DNA of 41,573 nt. Origin: an archaeon (GTDB lineage: Archaea > EX4484-52 > WAPT01). The translations under genes and the position numbers were made by a program. Position 1 is the first letter of the stretch, and each line of letters begins with the position of its first letter. The notes under the pieces are model-generated. The model was not told the DNA's origin and did not search any database. It saw only the letters and a list, made by a program, of their open reading frames with translations. Shown here piece after piece: positions 36,926 through 41,573 of the stretch. The stretch spans positions 1-41,573 of the forward strand of contig JAPDKB010000006.1 in assembly GCA_029258795.1 (NCBI GenBank). The letters are read 5' to 3'.

Positions 36926-36995
36926 CTCTAAGTCAGACTTTCCTGACTTACAGAGGGAGAAACCTTTCTAAGTCAGAGAATCCTGACTTAGAGGG
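36926..36995. repeat. Tandem 40-bp-period repeat, each unit a palindrome TAAGTCAG-N6-CTGACTTA
   Basis: tcTAAGTCAGactttcCTGACTTAcagaggg and TCTAAGTCAGagaatcCTGACTTAGAggg, read directly. Confidence 0.9.
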
Positions 36996-37029
36996 AAAGA
37001 AAACTCTGTGGAAAAACTCATGGAAAGAC

Positions 37030-37058
37030 TTGAAAGAGGTGAGGCATTCTAATAAAAT
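37030..37058 (+). promoter_or_regulatory. sigma70-type promoter of the KAP NTPase operon
   Basis: TTGAAA, 17-nt spacer, TAAAAT, ending about 30 nt upstream of ATG 37088. Confidence 0.6.
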
Positions 37059-37087
37059 TAAAAAGAAAAGTTACTGGAAGGAAAGAG

Positions 37088-38950
37088 ATGGGTAAAGAGA
37101 ATAAAAAAGTCAGATTTCTTCATGATGTACCGATAGATAGGGATGAATTAGGAGTTCATTCTCGCCTTGCGAATGTACTGAAGGAGATGATAAAAGATGT
37201 GACAGATGATTCAAAAAGACGCTCTGGAAATAGGCTTAAAAATGTCATTGGGTTATTTGGCGTATGGGGTTCTGGAAAGTCAACGTTAATTAAGATATTG
37301 GAAAATAAAATAAAAAATAAAGGCAAAATTTTTGTATTCGATTCCTGGTCACATAAAGACGAGTTTATAAAGCGGGCTTTTCTTATCAATCTGGCAGAAT
37401 TTCTCCAATTAGGGGATATTTCTTTAAAGAAATTTTTAGAATTGCAGAAAGAAAATGAAGAAGATAAAGATATTACAGTAAAAAATTATTTAATCTCAAA
37501 AATTTCTCAACAGAAAATTACAAAAAAGAACGCCCCCAAAATTTCTATCTCGCTTTTCTTGGTAATTTCTTTATTGATACTTACTTCATTGAGTAATTTA
37601 TTAGCAAATCTATGTTCTTTTGCTACTCCTAAAACAATTACTGGCATAGAAGTAGGAGTTATAATAATAACATCTATAATTTTATATGGAATCTTCCGAA
37701 GAAAAAAAGAATGCTTTTCTTCTATAATTGCACCCTTTGTGTCAGGGACATTGGACGTTGAAACTTCACAAATTACTTCACAAACGATGGAATTCACAAA
37801 CTACGAGTTTCAGAGATTGTTTAAATTCTTGATTTCGGAATATTTTAAAAAAGAATCTTTGGACTCTCTAATCATTGTTTTTGATAATTTGGATAGGGTA
37901 GATGATGAAACAGTTTTAAAATTTCTTTCAATAATACATTCATTAGTAGAAAGTAAAAAAGAGAAAGATTTTGAAAATAAAATAGTTTTTATTGTGCCTA
38001 TCGATAAACAACGTCTTCTTTCCATTTTCAATAAGATGGCAACAGAAAATGAAAAATCTACATTTGCTGAAGACTTCGTGGAGAAAATGTTTCCTTATTC
38101 TGTTGAAATTCCCAATATAAAGCAGTCAAAATGGAGAGATTTCTTCAAAAATAAATTCAAAGAGGCCTTTTATGGTGTTAAAAGAAAGCATATGGATTTA
38201 GATTTAGAAGTCATTATTCGAATATTTCTTGCAGGAATTGAGGAAAGCAACGAAAATCTTACTCCCCGAGAAATTATATATTTCATCAATCATATAGTAT
38301 CAAATTATCTTTATTGGGGAAATAAGATAGATATAAAGCATCAAGCAACGTATGTGGCACTTTGTAAATACCAACCTCAAATAATATATGAACTGCAAAG
38401 GGGAGAGAGGAGTTTTATGGAGCACAATGAAATTATTAAAAAAGTGCTGGATTATACCTCTTCGGACGCTCTATTCAAAGATCTGCTTAAACAGATCTTC
38501 AAGACAGAAAGAGTACATAGTATTCTTTACAAAGATAAATGTGCTAAATATTTTGAGGAAGGGGATATTGAAAATGCGCGAAATTTGGTTTCCAAAATTG
38601 GGGATCCCTCTTCTATAAAAGAAATATGGGAAAGCGTATTAGAAGATGCAGAAGAAGGACTAAAATCTGATATAAGAATTTTGGGGAATATAGCCTATGT
38701 TTTCTCCGTGCTTTGTGAAGAAGAAAAGGTTTGTGGAGAAGCAAAGGAAGAAAACATATTACAGATATTGAGGAGCCGATTAAAAGAACTGATAAGAAAT
38801 AGAGAGGCAATATATACGAGTCTTGATGCAACGGCAGGAAAAGGAATAAAGTGGCTGCTATTAGCAGAAGAAGAGAAAAAAATAAAAATGTTGATAGCGA
38901 AGTTGTTAGATGCTTTTATAGAAGAAGCTGAAAGAAGGGAGGCGTCATGA
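37088..38950 (+). CDS. KAP family P-loop NTPase with two inserted TM helices and a helical C-terminal region
   Basis: DVPIDRDELG, Walker A IGLFGVWGSGKST, FDSW, two hydrophobic helices, Walker B IIVFDNLDRV, FVEKMF and LTPREI. Confidence 0.9.
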   Translation: MGKENKKVRFLHDVPIDRDELGVHSRLANVLKEMIKDVTDDSKRRSGNRLKNVIGLFGVWGSGKSTLIKILENKIKNKGKIFVFDSWSHKDEFIKRAFLINLAEFLQLGDISLKKFLELQKENEEDKDITVKNYLISKISQQKITKKNAPKISISLFLVISLLILTSLSNLLANLCSFATPKTITGIEVGVIIITSIILYGIFRRKKECFSSIIAPFVSGTLDVETSQITSQTMEFTNYEFQRLFKFLISEYFKKESLDSLIIVFDNLDRVDDETVLKFLSIIHSLVESKKEKDFENKIVFIVPIDKQRLLSIFNKMATENEKSTFAEDFVEKMFPYSVEIPNIKQSKWRDFFKNKFKEAFYGVKRKHMDLDLEVIIRIFLAGIEESNENLTPREIIYFINHIVSNYLYWGNKIDIKHQATYVALCKYQPQIIYELQRGERSFMEHNEIIKKVLDYTSSDALFKDLLKQIFKTERVHSILYKDKCAKYFEEGDIENARNLVSKIGDPSSIKEIWESVLEDAEEGLKSDIRILGNIAYVFSVLCEEEKVCGEAKEENILQILRSRLKELIRNREAIYTSLDATAGKGIKWLLLAEEEKKIKMLIAKLLDAFIEEAERREAS

Positions 38951-40710
38951 GTGAAAGATTTAAAAAAATGGCCGAGGGAATAAAAGAAATTTTAAGGGAT
39001 AAGGCATTACGAGATATTTTTAAGGATGTATTAAAAGAGAAGAGAAAAAACTTGGATGATACTGTATTTGAAAAAGTGTATAAGGAATTATACTCTACTT
39101 TGGAACTTCTCGGCGATGAAGATATCTTGAGTGAAATCTTTGATGAAGAAGTGGTGAGCCGGTTTATGGATATAGTGATTAAACGAGTAAAAAATACTAC
39201 TTTACAATCATCAGAGATTGATTTTATTGATGAATACGATACAAAAATTTTATGTAATGAAAAAATTATTGAAGGGAAGGATTTTCTGGCTAAGAAATAT
39301 GACCTTTTTATAGAGACTTTTAAATCATTTATTATAAAAGAGTTGATATCTAAGATTTTTACTCTGTCACAATCTCCTGGAGCGAAAAAGTTTATTACTA
39401 ATAAGCCATTACTTGAAATACTTTATTTTGTCACATTATACTTATATTCTTTAGACAAAGTAGATTTACTAAAGAAACACAAAAATCTATATGAGTATGT
39501 TTTATTTGAACATTTTATTCTTTCTAAAAGGCTAACAGATAATAAAATAGAAAACGATGTAGCAATAATTATTTCCATCTTGTGGATTTTGTTACATAAA
39601 GAAATCGACTTAAACTTAAATGGTAATGTGGATTTACGACAAGACGGATACAGAGAGCGTACAAGATTTTCTATAAAGGCATTGCTTTCTCAGATTTTTT
39701 CTAAAGTTTTGCGGATGGAAGAAGAAAAGATAATCTATTACCTGACAAAACTCGTTGATTTGAATCTCTTATATAAATTTCTTGATGGACTGGAAAAATT
39801 TGAAATTAATGAGGAGATTAAAGAAAAATTTGCAAGATGCACGATTACGGTTTTAGAAAATATCAATACACAAAGCGCCATTTCAGATAGCCATATAGAA
39901 ATTCTTACTGATTTTCATAAATTTTTCTATAGTAAAGCAAGAGAAAAATATGAGTCTTTATTAAAAGCACTATGCGATAATAATAAATATAAACCTGTTT
40001 TTGAAAAAATCATATTAAACAATTTATTAAAAGAAGATGTCGAAATATTATGGGAAGAATCCCTGCTATTCTTACTGCGAACGAGTATTGGAAATAATTT
40101 ATTAAGTACAAAAACAATGAGAAAAGAAATAATAAAATTTTTGCAGCAAAGGGTACAGGAAATAAAAGGTCTTTTTGATGAAGAAGAGGAGCATTACATC
40201 TATTTAGTGATACAGGAATTAATAAAGAACTACAATGAAAATTTAAATTTAACATTTACAGGTTTTGGTACAAAACTATTAAAATATATTGAAGATTTTG
40301 TTATGTCTAAAACTACCACCGAAATGTGGCCTATAGTGGAGTTTGTACTTTCACATTTGGAAAATATTTTCAGCTCAAAGGATATTGAAAACTTTATTCA
40401 CCAATTTTTGGGTTTAATAACAGAAAAGTTCGACTCTTTAAACATACAGAATGTGAAACAAATATTAGAAAAAATTCAAAAATATATTTCCCGAAAAATC
40501 CTACAGGAATATTTACAAAAATTAGGAAGAAAACTGATCGCCCAAGAATTTCCTCGGGAAGGAATCAGACTTTTTAGAAAACTATTAGAAATTGCAAAAA
40601 GATTTAAAGATACTATAAATCTAAGGGGAAACCTGAAAACTTATCTGCAAAATCACCCTGAGGATGAGGAATGTCATAAACTTCTAAATATGCTGGAGAA
40701 AAAATCATGA
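38947..40710 (+). CDS. 587-aa hypothetical protein, predicted all-helical
   Basis: Long open frame in very AT-rich DNA. GGAGG SD and ATGA overlaps at both ends. L/I/K/E-rich with no recognisable catalytic motif. Confidence 0.8.
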   Translation: MSERFKKMAEGIKEILRDKALRDIFKDVLKEKRKNLDDTVFEKVYKELYSTLELLGDEDILSEIFDEEVVSRFMDIVIKRVKNTTLQSSEIDFIDEYDTKILCNEKIIEGKDFLAKKYDLFIETFKSFIIKELISKIFTLSQSPGAKKFITNKPLLEILYFVTLYLYSLDKVDLLKKHKNLYEYVLFEHFILSKRLTDNKIENDVAIIISILWILLHKEIDLNLNGNVDLRQDGYRERTRFSIKALLSQIFSKVLRMEEEKIIYYLTKLVDLNLLYKFLDGLEKFEINEEIKEKFARCTITVLENINTQSAISDSHIEILTDFHKFFYSKAREKYESLLKALCDNNKYKPVFEKIILNNLLKEDVEILWEESLLFLLRTSIGNNLLSTKTMRKEIIKFLQQRVQEIKGLFDEEEEHYIYLVIQELIKNYNENLNLTFTGFGTKLLKYIEDFVMSKTTTEMWPIVEFVLSHLENIFSSKDIENFIHQFLGLITEKFDSLNIQNVKQILEKIQKYISRKILQEYLQKLGRKLIAQEFPREGIRLFRKLLEIAKRFKDTINLRGNLKTYLQNHPEDEECHKLLNMLEKKS

Positions 40711-41573
40711 GGAATATGAGATTTGGGCCTTGGGAAAAGATAAAATTAGGAAAAATAATAGAAATTGTGAAAGGGAAAAAAGTTCGTCTTGTCTCTTGTC
40801 AACAGAATTTCGTTACCATGCCATATCTTACAACAGAGTATTTAAGAACCGGAACCCCTAATCAGTTTGTATTAAATCCTGAAGAAGGAATTATTGTGGA
40901 AAAGAAAGATATACTGCTACTATGGGACGGTTCTAATGCTGGTGAGTTTTTCTTATTCTCGGGTGAAAAAGGCATCTTATCTTCTACAATGTGCAAACTG
41001 CTTATTAAAGAAAAAGTCGAAAAGTTGTTTTTTTACTATCTTTTGAAATTTTATGTAGAAGGACGTTTAAAGTTACAAACAAAAGGTACAGGTATTCCCC
41101 ATGTGGATCGTAATACTTTTATGGAAATTCTCATCCCCCTTCCTCCTCTCCCTGAGCAAAAGAAAATTGCGGAGATACTGGGGGATGTGGATGAGGCGAT
41201 TGAGAAGGTGGAGAAGATTATTGAGAAAACGGAAAGAATTAAAAAAGGATTGATGCGCGAACTCCTGACCCGTGGAACAGGACATAAAGAGTTTAAAAAG
41301 ACAGAAATAGGAACGATACCGAAGGAGTGGAAGGTGGTGAGATTGGGGGAGGTGATAACCGATATTCTTACGGGAGCCACTCCTTTACGAACTGAAAGGA
41401 AATATTGGGTGAATGGGAAAATCCCTTGGTTGACAAATAATGAAGTGGAAGACAACAAAATCAATTATATTTACGACACACGAGAGAAAATTACTGATAT
41501 TGCTTTAAAAGAAACAAATGTAAAACTCATTCCCGAAAACTCCTTAATTCTTTCTCTTACTGCTTCGGTAGGA
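40707..41573 (+). CDS. hsdS: Type I restriction-modification specificity subunit S (partial, runs off the window)
   Basis: Own translation from ATG 40707: MRNMRFGPWEKIKLG...DILLLWDGSNAGE...GTGIPHV...IPLPPLPEQKKIAEIL...KKGLMRELLTRG.GHKEFKKTEIGTIPKEWKVVRLGE...GATP. Absent from the ORF track. Confidence 0.93.
   Translation, partial: MRNMRFGPWEKIKLGKIIEIVKGKKVRLVSCQQNFVTMPYLTTEYLRTGTPNQFVLNPEEGIIVEKKDILLLWDGSNAGEFFLFSGEKGILSSTMCKLLIKEKVEKLFFYYLLKFYVEGRLKLQTKGTGIPHVDRNTFMEILIPLPPLPEQKKIAEILGDVDEAIEKVEKIIEKTERIKKGLMRELLTRGTGHKEFKKTEIGTIPKEWKVVRLGEVITDILTGATPLRTERKYWVNGKIPWLTNNEVEDNKINYIYDTREKITDIALKETNVKLIPENSLILSLTASVG

Noticed and set aside
36926-36995. CRISPR mini-array interpretation of the palindromic repeat
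   Set aside because: Only two units, variation falls inside the repeat loop, the spacer is under 20 nt, and there are no cas genes in the window.
29603-41573. Integrase, transposase, tRNA attachment site or prophage explaining the accessory region
   Set aside because: None was recognised in the window, so mobility is inferred only from composition and gene content.

Overview
A 41.6-kb, almost entirely plus-strand stretch of a diderm bacterium. LptD, LolA, PilQ and a GT9 gene show an outer membrane; Lys/Glu-rich proteins suggest a thermophile (inference). Positions 1-29.6 kb look like core chromosome: the end of a dCMP deaminase, a 9-gene surface-polysaccharide operon (Wzz, DegT aminotransferase, three glycosyltransferases, GNAT, sulfotransferase, methyltransferase, flippase), a stand-alone ICL/PEP-mutase-family lyase plus LeuC/LeuD-type hydratase operon, pilMNOPQ-ftsK-lolA, alr-lptD, HU, a small membrane protein, thiL and addBA with a coupled small PD-(D/E)XK protein. 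After 29.6 kb the region is accessory: ArsR plus a NifB/NifX-family gene, an ABC exporter module with a possible divergent peptide ORF, and a type I restriction-modification locus. In that locus hsdM (with an N-terminal wHTH) and hsdS (not in the ORF track, runs off the window end) are separated by 5.3 kb of probable defence cargo. The cargo is (i) a nucleotidyltransferase plus wHTH protein pair with a leaderless promoter covered by two tandem inverted repeats, (ii) a tandem 40-bp palindromic repeat, and (iii) a very AT-rich operon of a transmembrane KAP P-loop NTPase and a 587-aa unknown protein. These cargo modules are the best candidates for an undescribed system. Several genes appear to be transcribed leaderlessly. 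All calls come from reading motifs by eye; no searches were run.
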